Shown piece by piece: positions 47,630-56,540 of a DNA stretch of 64,000 bases (the stretch's first letter is position 1; the number at the start of each line of letters is the position of its first letter). The notes beneath the pieces were generated by a model. The model was not told the DNA's origin and did no database searches. It saw nothing but the letters and a program-made list of their open reading frames with translations. The stretch covers positions 3,583 through 67,582 of IMG/VR virus record IMGVR_UViG_3300032236_001244. One strand, written 5' to 3'. The stretch is from a virus. The translations under genes were made by a program, and so were the position numbers.

Positions 47630-48715
47630 TTAACCCTTAAAATCGGGCGGTAAAGCAACCTCACACACACAATTTGGGTGGAGCGGTGGAAGGGGGTCGC
47701 CAATCTGAAAGGTGGCTTCTTGAGCCAAGCATTCCTTACAGGCTCCCTCGTACGAAATCCAAACAAGTTCGGTGATACCAGCCTGTTGGAATTGGTCAAG
47801 CATGGATTGGTTGTAAGCGGTCTGGGCTTCGGTACCAATAATCATGTCCGCTCGGTCGCCACCAAAAGTTCCGGCGTTGATTGCGTCAATGATTTCTTGT
47901 GCTGATAAACCCCCGTCTAGTCCAGAGGAAATCTGGTCGGTGACGCTTCCAAGCGTGGTGTCCGTAATCCCGTTCGCTACATCAGGGCTGTTGGCAAGCA
48001 AATCGCTCATGCCACCCGTGCCATTTACAATGGCGTCTTGTGCTGATTGGGAGTTGCCCACATTCCAATTTGAGAGGGCAAGACCAGCGACGAAGGCTGC
48101 TAAACCGCCGACAAGCCAAGCCTTGGAGCCAAGGTCGCTCTGGGCTTGGTCGGTTCCATAAACCCCAGCGTCGCCGTAAATGTTGTCAAGGGCGTCTATC
48201 AGGTCGGTGTTGTCCGTGGTCAAATTGTCGCTAACCGCTTGCTGGGCAATCATTTGGTGGCTTTGCGAGTTCGTGTAGGCGTTCGGGTGGTGAACCGCAC
48301 TATTTACCGCCTCGTTTAGACCCTTGATTGAGCCAGCCAAAGCGGTAGCCATAAGTGGTGAGTAGTGGCTCACGATTTTCTTGTTCATTTTGCGACCGGA
48401 CATTTCCGACTTTTTGCGCTTGCTGATTTCAAGGCTTTTGGAAACGCCTTCAACCGAAGCAACAATTCCTCTTGCCCACGAGTAACCGGCGTCCCCACCC
48501 CACGCTTCCCATGCGACACGACCGTGAGACGGGTAGCCCTTTTCGCCGTGGTGAAAGCCCTCGGCTTTTTGGTCGGGCTGGTGTCTGTCAAAATACGCCT
48601 TCATGCGCTTGACGGTTTTGTAAGAAACGGCGTGACCTGCTGCTAAATCTGAGGCTCGCTTGCGTCCGGTGTCGGTGAAGCCACCGCCTTGCTTGCCTTC
48701 CTTGAGCCATTCCAA
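47630..48715 (-). CDS. MuF (SPP1 gp7-like) head morphogenesis protein with extra N-terminal domain; true start likely upstream via frameshift
   Basis: RA..I..TE...A, C..C, PPLHPNCVC; N-terminal KRM.AYF.RH...AW..WGGD domain. Confidence 0.88.
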   Translation of the reverse strand: MEWLKEGKQGGGFTDTGRKRASDLAAGHAVSYKTVKRMKAYFDRHQPDQKAEGFHHGEKGYPSHGRVAWEAWGGDAGYSWARGIVASVEGVSKSLEISKRKKSEMSGRKMNKKIVSHYSPLMATALAGSIKGLNEAVNSAVHHPNAYTNSQSHQMIAQQAVSDNLTTDNTDLIDALDNIYGDAGVYGTDQAQSDLGSKAWLVGGLAAFVAGLALSNWNVGNSQSAQDAIVNGTGGMSDLLANSPDVANGITDTTLGSVTDQISSGLDGGLSAQEIIDAINAGTFGGDRADMIIGTEAQTAYNQSMLDQFQQAGITELVWISYEGACKECLAQEATFQIGDPLPPLHPNCVCEVALPPDFKG

Positions 48716-48768
48716 CGCTCTCTTGCCAGCACTTTGTACCGACTGAGGTGGGGTGAAAGTATCAGTTG

Positions 48769-49068
48769 CTACTTTTTTTTTAAGACAGAGCGCATGACGG
48801 ACTTAATAATTTCCGCTTCTTTCTTGGTGACCATGGTGGTCTTGGGGTTCAAGAAAGCGTCCACTTCGTCCTTAAGTTCCTTGGGCGCTGGCTCCCACGA
48901 CGGCAAAGTGGTTGCGTGGCGTACTTCTTCTTTTTGCTCAGCGACAGGCTTGTTTTCTACGCCCAATGCCCACAAGAGGTCGGGAAGGGTGGTGACCAAA
49001 GTGCCGACACGGTACAAATCCCATGTACGGGTCTTAAGCCAATCTTCGTTGAGCGTTTCTTTGTCCAT
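48769..49068 (-). CDS. Hypothetical protein, probable N-terminal part of the MuF fusion
   Basis: Leaderless TAAACT-N6-ATG; ends in A AAA AAG TAG. Confidence 0.7.
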   Translation of the reverse strand: MDKETLNEDWLKTRTWDLYRVGTLVTTLPDLLWALGVENKPVAEQKEEVRHATTLPSWEPAPKELKDEVDAFLNPKTTMVTKKEAEIIKSVMRSVLKKK

Positions 49069-49077
49069 AACCATAGT

Positions 49078-49290
49078 TTATACACGCTTTCTTTTATTGG
49101 CTTTTGGTGCCTCGCTTTTGGTGATTGGCTCTTGTTCTTCTAGGTCGGAGAGTGGGCGAAGTTCGTTGTTGTCGTCAATGTAGTAATCGCCAACCGTGGT
49201 GAAGCCACCGAATGGTGTATCAATCAAGCCAACACGAGCCACAAGGTTCCCGTCCTTGTCTATGTAGGTGTTTCCGCTATTGCTTGACAT
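49078..49290 (-). CDS. Small hypothetical protein
   Basis: Leaderless TGA-TACACT-N6-ATG. Confidence 0.6.
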   Translation of the reverse strand: MSSNSGNTYIDKDGNLVARVGLIDTPFGGFTTVGDYYIDDNNELRPLSDLEEQEPITKSEAPKANKRKRV

Positions 49291-49302
49291 GGGTTTAGTG
49301 TA

Positions 49303-52300
49303 TCACTTTCCGACCGGACGCTCTCCCCAATTAAGGGCTTTGGCAATGTTGGTCATCATTGGCGTTTCCGTGAATTGGGGCATACTCCACATTGCGTAGT
49401 TTTCCGCTACCAACTCTTGAAGTTTTCTGGAGCCATACTCCGTGGCGCCTATTGCTTGGAGCGCCTCGGATTGCTTGTCGGTAAGGGAGCAGTTTCCTCG
49501 CCCAAAACTATTGATGTATTGCCCGTACTCGGTAGCGGTCATTGTTTTGTTATCAACCTCAATGTATTGATAGCCACGACCAAAAGCCTTGGCAAAGCGT
49601 GTGTCTGCTGAAGATACCGCCTTTTCCCAATCAATTGAACGACCCTCGTAGCCGACATCTTCCGCTGTTTGTTTTAGGGCGTCAAAGATTTCCGAGATTT
49701 TGTGACCCTCGGAATAAAAATTGCTGTGACCGATTTCGTGAAGCGTAGTTGCTTCGGCTGCTTTTTGTATGTTCTCAAAGAACGAACTCGTACTCCATAC
49801 GCTCTTTATAATCTTCTCGCCCATGTAGTCAAGACCACGGCTTTGCTCGTATGGGGGAGAAATTATTTCGTCGTCTTTTGCTGTTCCGAGCGAGCGAGTA
49901 ATCCATGTTGCGTATTTTCCAAAAATAATGGTGTTTGGCTCATCAGTAACAATTTTGCCAAAAGTGTTTTTGTTTATGTCTCCCGTGAAATCAACGGTTT
50001 TTCCGGTCGCTGCTCCGTCTAGGGTCTTTAATACCGTCTGAGGAATTTCCATGTCGGGGCGCCAACAGTCCCAATTTTGGTTTGCTGATGAGATTTGGTA
50101 CTTAGGCAATGCTGGGTCAGTTTTTCTTGAAAAGATTGCCTTGTTACCCTTGTCTGAAACCAAGGTGATTTTTTTATCGTTTGGATTATCCGTGTCCACA
50201 ACTCGTTGCCAGCCAGCAAGGAGTGGTGTTCCGTCAATCCAAGTATCTTCGGTTTGTAACTTTTCGCCACCAATACCCTTGACCCATTGATTGCCGTGGA
50301 ATTCGTGACCCTTTTTGTCACCCTTGTTCACGACCTTCGTGGGCGGACTTGCCCACTTGACTTGCCACGATTGCGTTCCGCCGAGAACGACGACTTCCTT
50401 TTCAGCCAAACAACCAAAGCCGGTGGTCGGCAAGGAGAAAATTTTGCTGGCTGGAACGGTGCCTTGGATAATCACACCAGGATTTCCGGCGAAATTTGCT
50501 GCCTCGGAATAGGAACTCGCAAATGACGAAAGGGGGCGTAGCGGAACGGTCACACTTGTTCCTTCTGCGTTGGGGTTGCCAACAGCGCTTTTAGCCCAAT
50601 CGGGTGCCTTGACACGGGTGTAGGGGGTGGCTTGCTCGCTCTCTGGAAGGAAACTGAAACCACGGTAGACCTGAACTGAGGTGATGTTGTTGTCCTTCAG
50701 GAACTGCTGTGTCGTGTCGTACTGAGCCTGTACAAAGGCTTTGAGGAACTCGTCATTGTTCTGTCGGTAGTAGTCAATGTCCTCTTGTGTGCTTGGGGAG
50801 ATTTTCCAATCTGCGGTATCCTTCAAGCCAAGCATTTCATTGGCAACCTGCTGAATGGCTAGAGACTTGTACGAATTGTCATTGGAACTTTGCGCCCATT
50901 GACCAATTAGTTCGGAAATCTTGTTTTCCCGAAGTGCTTGGTCGTTGTTTTCCTTTTCTCCAATACGAGCCTCAGCGAAACCTTGCGTGTCCCCACGGGT
51001 GAAGTTTTCATCTGCGTAGTCGTTATTTGCTCCCGAAAGATACTCTTGGATTAGTGGGTCAGTGGTGTTCCCAAGGTATGTCCACATTTCCTTTTGCTCG
51101 CCGTTAGCGTCAATGTACTGACCGGACGACCACAAGTCGTCGTGGGTGAAGCATTGAGCCAATGGCTTCGTTGGTGTTCCGTAAACATTTTGGATTGGTT
51201 CGTCCATGCGACGGATACCAAGCCCACGGTCAAACTTGTCTCCCAAACGCTCGGCAATGTTTTTACAGACATAAGCCTTTAGGTCGCCAGATTTTGGTGC
51301 GCCCAATTGACCGACGACAAAATCATCTTGTTGCCGAGTGCGAGTAGGGAGCGAGGCGAGGGTTTGGGCGACGGCTTCCTCTAGGGCAGCCGCTTGGTCG
51401 GGGTTTTCCCCACCGCCAATTCCACCCGTGTACTGGTTGCCATGGAAGGAATGCCCAGATAGGTCACCTTTAGTAACGGCATTCTCACCGCTGACATTAA
51501 GAATGTTCCATTTTTCCGTACCGCCCAGAACGGTAATTTCTTGTTCGTCGTAGCACCCCACGCCTGTGCGAGAACAGGAAAGTATACGAGACACAGGAAC
51601 CACACCGCTAATTACATAGCCTTTATACTCGTCGGGTTTTTCGTTATAGGCAAAATTAACCGCCATGTCACGGTCATAGGAAAACGAAGAAAGGGGGCGC
51701 AAAGGTACATCTGCTGTTTTATCAGAGCCAACCCAATCTGGCACGGCACTGCTACGCCACTCAAACCCACGGTAAACAGGAACTTCAGTGATACCAGCCT
51801 TTTGAAAAAACTCTTGAGTACTTTCGTATTGCGCTCTAACAAAGTTTCGGTACAAATCGCCGTTGGTGGAATACTCGGTTTCCACATCTGATTTAAGTGC
51901 GTCAGAAATTTTCCATTCCGCCGTACCTTTCAAGCCAAATTCGTCAATCGTTGCTTGTTGAATGGCTAACGCCACGAAGTGACTGTCATTAGAGGTGGTC
52001 GCCCATGTTGCCACCAAGTATGAGGTGGCTTGCTCTCGTAAATGTTCCATTACCCTAGGGTCGTCACCATTCATTTCAACAGAAGCCTCTGGGGGTCGGA
52101 ATTGAAGAATTCCCTCTGAGTTTATTCCCCACTTATCTGTGGTTTTGGTGTGTAACAACTCGTCAATCGGTATTTTGGCAATTGAAGCAGCGTCATTTGG
52201 GTACACCATTAACAATTGTCGTCGTCCAAAATCAATCACCGCTTTGTCAAGAATGTTTTTGTCCATGCGCCGAGCAAGGTCTTTGGAAACAGCCTCTTTA

Positions 52301-55300
52301 AGTTCGGGCGCAATCACTTCTTTCATTATCCTCGGCGCACCCTGCTCTATAGCGTCCTGAACCGATTTGGTCATTGCTTTGATTTGTTCTGGTGAATAGC
52401 CATGGTCGTACTCGCTGTCTCCACCCAATTTGACCCATTGGTTACCGTGAAATTCGTGACCGCTCTTGTCTCCCTTTTTGACTTGGGTTTTAGAAAGAAG
52501 TTCAATACCCTTTGGTGTTTTCCAGAAGGGGTTGATTTCGTCAAACCAATGACTTGAAGTTGATTTGACCACAGTGGGTTCTGGGCTAGGAAGTTGTGCG
52601 ATTTCTTTGACGGTATCGGCGTTCCAATACGAGGCGATTTGCGTATCGCCATTTTTCATTGACTCTTCGTCTTCTTCGTCAAATGGTTTGTCTACTTCCC
52701 TACCAATAAGTTCGTGATAGCCAACAGCGTCCCAAAGTGCGTAAGACGAAACGGGTGTACCGTTTGCTAATTGCGCTACTCGTTCTTCAAGGGCAGTTGC
52801 TGCCCCTGCGACAATTTGAGCAGAACCCAAGTTTCCTATGTGTACCCCGTGGTCGACCTTTATCCCGTTAATACAAGCAGCAAGATTGCCGTTGGCGTCA
52901 CGAGCCACAAGAAAGAACGGCTTTACCACCGCACCCGAAGAAGGGCGGAAGTCATCTTGAGCCTGTACGCAACTCATTTTCATCTCGCTTAAACCGAGTT
53001 TTAGGCGCTCGTCGGCGGTGTCGTAAATTTTGTCTTCTAGCGTTGCCACTTCATTTAAGACCGCCTTGACCGCCTCGGTGCTTTCAACGCTTTCTATTTT
53101 TCCGCCAGCACCATAGAACTTGCTTATTTGTCCTCGGATAAAAGAAATGTGGGGTGGTTCGTTTTTGGAACTTCCACCAATCCCACCCGTGTATTGATTA
53201 CCGTGAAACTCATGCCCACCCTTGTCGCCCTTTTGAATTGTTTGTGGTGATTGTTGAAGCGCCTTGGCAACAAACAAGTTTGCTTTGAAGTTTTGCGGAA
53301 ACCAATTTGGCAAATAGTTTGGTTCGGTCTTTTTCCAATCCCTACTCTTTGCGTAGAACTGCTGTTGGGTCAAGTAAACATGGGTGGCTCCGTTGTCACG
53401 GACTTCAACTCTGTCCACCATGAAGCGTCCGCCGGTCAAGACTTGTGGTGAAGCAGTAAATCCAGCAAGGTCTGCGCCCACGGTGCCTTCGGGGGCATGA
53501 AGCATGAGTGCTGATTGAGGATTGCGAGGGTCGTTGGTTTGCCAAACATTTTCCGCAAAGTTTTGAGCCATTTCTTCGTGATACGAATTTGTCCACGACG
53601 AAATTGGAAGGTCTACCGTTGAGCCGGTGATGAACTTGCTGGCAATGGTGTGGTCGGGGTCGTAAATGCCACGAACCATGTCAGCATGGTATGGCTTGGC
53701 AATGTCGCTAATAAGACCCATAAACTCGTCAGCGTTGGCAATGGCAAGGTCGCACTGTTCTTGGAGCGGTTCGGCTTCGGGGTCGGTAAGGCTCCGACCA
53801 GAAGTCGGGAAGTTTGCTGGCGTGACATGACCGCCTGTGTTGCGAGCAAAAAGTTCTACTTGGAATAGTTCGTGTTCGTTGTACCAATAAGGTCTGTTGC
53901 GGTCTAAAAATTCGCTGAAGTCACGGTGACGATAAGTTGATGACCATTGACTAAGAATGCGTTGTTTTTTCTCAAACGAGAATTTATCGTTGGGGCGTTC
54001 CAAGGTTGCTGTTCCGCCACGCCCACCTGTGTATTGGTTTCCGTGGAACTCATGTCCGGAGACATCACCCTTTTCTACAGGTGATTGTGCTACGAGCCAG
54101 CCCTTTTCGGCACCAAGGTATCCGCCACCTTCGCCCAAATAGTCAGCAATGCGAATTCCCTTTGTGCCAGCCGGTAGCGATTGAACTTCACCGCCGTACT
54201 TCTTGGCAAAGTTAGAGGCGATTGATTTGCTCTCCGACCATTCGTCAAAAGGTCTGGTGAAGTTATCGTCAGACTTACTTCCACGGTACAGTTTTGGCGT
54301 ATCCGTTGCGTTGTGCTGAAGTTCGTACAGAACCGAGGCGTACAGAGCCTTCGCCTTGGCTATCTGTGGTGAAGTAGCAGGCTCATCTCGCAAGCCGTAG
54401 CCAATCCCGACGGGGCTACCCTTTAATTTCGCTAGTGCCTCACGAACCAAGTCATTGTGGTCTTGGTGCCAAGTGTATGTACCGTCAGGGTTTTGCGTGG
54501 CGTTTGGTGCGCTTCCTCGCTCTGGTCGGTATGTATAATCACCAGGCATTGAGACAGTCCATTGGTTCCCGTGGAATTCATGCCCCTTGATGTCACCCTT
54601 GGATACACCCTCAGGTGATTGAAGGTAGATGTGCGTGTATCCGTTCATCTCTTTCTGGCTGGCAACTACGAAGTCACCGCTCACAATTTGCTCGTGGAAA
54701 CGAGTAACGCCACCGTATTGGTTAGCGTCCAAAGCCTTGGTTCCCTCTGGAAGGTGAAGGATTACTCTGAGATTGTCCCTGGGGGTGCTGTAGATGTCGT
54801 AGCCTTCTCGCTTGGAAGCGAAGTCTCTGGCGACACTTGGCTTGTCGCTGAACGAAGCAAGCGTCATGTGTAGCGTCTTGCCAACTCCGTAGCGTTCTTG
54901 AAGTTCGTCGGCTGGAACGCTGACCCCCGAAAAAAGTTCGGACTTAGAGGGCGGTGCGTTCAGCACAGCGTCCTGAAGTTGTTGGCTCCAATCGTTGTCT
55001 AACTTGCGCCAATTTTCGGTGTGGTCGGTTATAGACCACGCCCGTACCAACTTGTCAAGTGGGTGCTTCTGTGCTGAACCGCTTTCGCCGGTTTCGTACT
55101 GATTGCCGTGAAATGGGTGACCAGCGACATCTCCCTTGGCAACGGTCTGATTGCCATTTATCTTGTCGTAGTTCCAAACTACAATCTCGCCACCCATGCG
55201 CCAGCCGTCAAACCCTGCTGATTTCATAGCGTCGGCAAGGCGTTCGTCAATGCCACGGTAGTAGTCAATTCCATACTGACCCCTTGGCAATGGGAAGTAT

Positions 55301-56538
55301 TTTGAGCCGTCTGCTCTCGTGGTCGCCGGTATTCCCTCGGAATTTGCTGCTTGCTCTAGAAGGTTGTTGAAGTCTTTGTCTGTTCCAAGACCTTCCAAAA
55401 TGTCAAAAGAGCCTGTCGTCAAGTCGTTGATTGCGAAAAGTTTGAACGGTTGCCCTTCGGGGGCGTTCAACTGAAGAACACCGTCGCCCCTAGGAGCGTC
55501 CTCTGGGTATTTGACGGCAAAGACACCGCCATGCCCCCACCGGCTTTCACCTTCACGGAAAACGGGCTTGTCGCCGTTGTAACCGTGATAGAGCGTAGGA
55601 ACTTCCATTGTGTGGCTCTCAATGACAGATTTTGGAATGGTGATTGTTCCCTTGCCACCCGTGTACTGATTACCGTGGAATTCGTGTCCTTGAACATCTC
55701 CCTTGGCTACTTTTTGCTCGTCATACAAAGCACTAAGAAGTTGGTAGTGAATTTGCTGTGCTTTTTCTTCGTCGCCTTCGCTTTGAGCCTTTTTTTCTTC
55801 ATCAAGAAGTTTTTGCCATTTTGGTTGTTCGTTATCAACGCCTTTTGCCTTTTCAATCACGGCATAATGCGACAAGATTTGGAATGCCTTGATGAGTTTG
55901 TCAAGGTTGTCAATCATGTTCTGGTGCTGGGTGGTGAACTCAACCTCAGCGAAATCGCCCCACAGATTGACCAACTTGGGGCGGATAATTAAAAGTGCTT
56001 CAAGCGTCAAGCCATTGTTCCAAAGGCGTGAGATGAGTTCTGGTGAAGCCTCACGGGGGCGGAAATTACAGAGGGCGTGGTCAATGCCCACAATACGCCC
56101 GTCGTCGGTGTAGATGAGGTTTTTGGGGCGTCGGTCTGCGTTGGCTACGAGGTAGTCAAAGAGGCGCAAATTGTCGCCTTGGTGATTGTCGGGATAGTAA
56201 TCCTCAATGCCGAGTTCCTCGCCCGTCTTTCCCTCAATGAAAGGCATAATGACCATTAGGGCGTCCTCGTCCACAAAGTGGCAGTCTCGTATAGGGGCGT
56301 TGATTGCGCCCCCTACAAGGGCAGATAGGTACTCCTGCGTGGCAAGGAGTTCTGCTGGGTAGAGGCGACCCGTCTTGTTGCCGTACCAATCCTTCAATTG
56401 CTTGGTGATACCGCCGGAGCCGTCTGCGAAAAGGACAAATTGGAACCCGTCATTCTGATTTCCCTTGAAACTACCGCCCATGGGGTAGGTTTTGGCTACC
56501 TCAAGCGAGGTGAATGTGACGAAGTTTGGCTGGAACAC
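49303..56538 (-). CDS. 2411-aa tagged effector polyprotein: kinase, 4 ART-like, GNAT, 2 ART, zincin
   Basis: 8 KGD tags cut it into 278/189/179/176/280/252/335/382/340-aa modules; motifs DRRPKN..IDH, YRG..SSF..ExE, HEIGH..E.VAE. Confidence 0.88.
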   Translation of the reverse strand: MFQPNFVTFTSLEVAKTYPMGGSFKGNQNDGFQFVLFADGSGGITKQLKDWYGNKTGRLYPAELLATQEYLSALVGGAINAPIRDCHFVDEDALMVIMPFIEGKTGEELGIEDYYPDNHQGDNLRLFDYLVANADRRPKNLIYTDDGRIVGIDHALCNFRPREASPELISRLWNNGLTLEALLIIRPKLVNLWGDFAEVEFTTQHQNMIDNLDKLIKAFQILSHYAVIEKAKGVDNEQPKWQKLLDEEKKAQSEGDEEKAQQIHYQLLSALYDEQKVAKGDVQGHEFHGNQYTGGKGTITIPKSVIESHTMEVPTLYHGYNGDKPVFREGESRWGHGGVFAVKYPEDAPRGDGVLQLNAPEGQPFKLFAINDLTTGSFDILEGLGTDKDFNNLLEQAANSEGIPATTRADGSKYFPLPRGQYGIDYYRGIDERLADAMKSAGFDGWRMGGEIVVWNYDKINGNQTVAKGDVAGHPFHGNQYETGESGSAQKHPLDKLVRAWSITDHTENWRKLDNDWSQQLQDAVLNAPPSKSELFSGVSVPADELQERYGVGKTLHMTLASFSDKPSVARDFASKREGYDIYSTPRDNLRVILHLPEGTKALDANQYGGVTRFHEQIVSGDFVVASQKEMNGYTHIYLQSPEGVSKGDIKGHEFHGNQWTVSMPGDYTYRPERGSAPNATQNPDGTYTWHQDHNDLVREALAKLKGSPVGIGYGLRDEPATSPQIAKAKALYASVLYELQHNATDTPKLYRGSKSDDNFTRPFDEWSESKSIASNFAKKYGGEVQSLPAGTKGIRIADYLGEGGGYLGAEKGWLVAQSPVEKGDVSGHEFHGNQYTGGRGGTATLERPNDKFSFEKKQRILSQWSSTYRHRDFSEFLDRNRPYWYNEHELFQVELFARNTGGHVTPANFPTSGRSLTDPEAEPLQEQCDLAIANADEFMGLISDIAKPYHADMVRGIYDPDHTIASKFITGSTVDLPISSWTNSYHEEMAQNFAENVWQTNDPRNPQSALMLHAPEGTVGADLAGFTASPQVLTGGRFMVDRVEVRDNGATHVYLTQQQFYAKSRDWKKTEPNYLPNWFPQNFKANLFVAKALQQSPQTIQKGDKGGHEFHGNQYTGGIGGSSKNEPPHISFIRGQISKFYGAGGKIESVESTEAVKAVLNEVATLEDKIYDTADERLKLGLSEMKMSCVQAQDDFRPSSGAVVKPFFLVARDANGNLAACINGIKVDHGVHIGNLGSAQIVAGAATALEERVAQLANGTPVSSYALWDAVGYHELIGREVDKPFDEEDEESMKNGDTQIASYWNADTVKEIAQLPSPEPTVVKSTSSHWFDEINPFWKTPKGIELLSKTQVKKGDKSGHEFHGNQWVKLGGDSEYDHGYSPEQIKAMTKSVQDAIEQGAPRIMKEVIAPELKEAVSKDLARRMDKNILDKAVIDFGRRQLLMVYPNDAASIAKIPIDELLHTKTTDKWGINSEGILQFRPPEASVEMNGDDPRVMEHLREQATSYLVATWATTSNDSHFVALAIQQATIDEFGLKGTAEWKISDALKSDVETEYSTNGDLYRNFVRAQYESTQEFFQKAGITEVPVYRGFEWRSSAVPDWVGSDKTADVPLRPLSSFSYDRDMAVNFAYNEKPDEYKGYVISGVVPVSRILSCSRTGVGCYDEQEITVLGGTEKWNILNVSGENAVTKGDLSGHSFHGNQYTGGIGGGENPDQAAALEEAVAQTLASLPTRTRQQDDFVVGQLGAPKSGDLKAYVCKNIAERLGDKFDRGLGIRRMDEPIQNVYGTPTKPLAQCFTHDDLWSSGQYIDANGEQKEMWTYLGNTTDPLIQEYLSGANNDYADENFTRGDTQGFAEARIGEKENNDQALRENKISELIGQWAQSSNDNSYKSLAIQQVANEMLGLKDTADWKISPSTQEDIDYYRQNNDEFLKAFVQAQYDTTQQFLKDNNITSVQVYRGFSFLPESEQATPYTRVKAPDWAKSAVGNPNAEGTSVTVPLRPLSSFASSYSEAANFAGNPGVIIQGTVPASKIFSLPTTGFGCLAEKEVVVLGGTQSWQVKWASPPTKVVNKGDKKGHEFHGNQWVKGIGGEKLQTEDTWIDGTPLLAGWQRVVDTDNPNDKKITLVSDKGNKAIFSRKTDPALPKYQISSANQNWDCWRPDMEIPQTVLKTLDGAATGKTVDFTGDINKNTFGKIVTDEPNTIIFGKYATWITRSLGTAKDDEIISPPYEQSRGLDYMGEKIIKSVWSTSSFFENIQKAAEATTLHEIGHSNFYSEGHKISEIFDALKQTAEDVGYEGRSIDWEKAVSSADTRFAKAFGRGYQYIEVDNKTMTATEYGQYINSFGRGNCSLTDKQSEALQAIGATEYGSRKLQELVAENYAMWSMPQFTETPMMTNIAKALNWGERPVGK

Positions 56539-56540
56539 GC

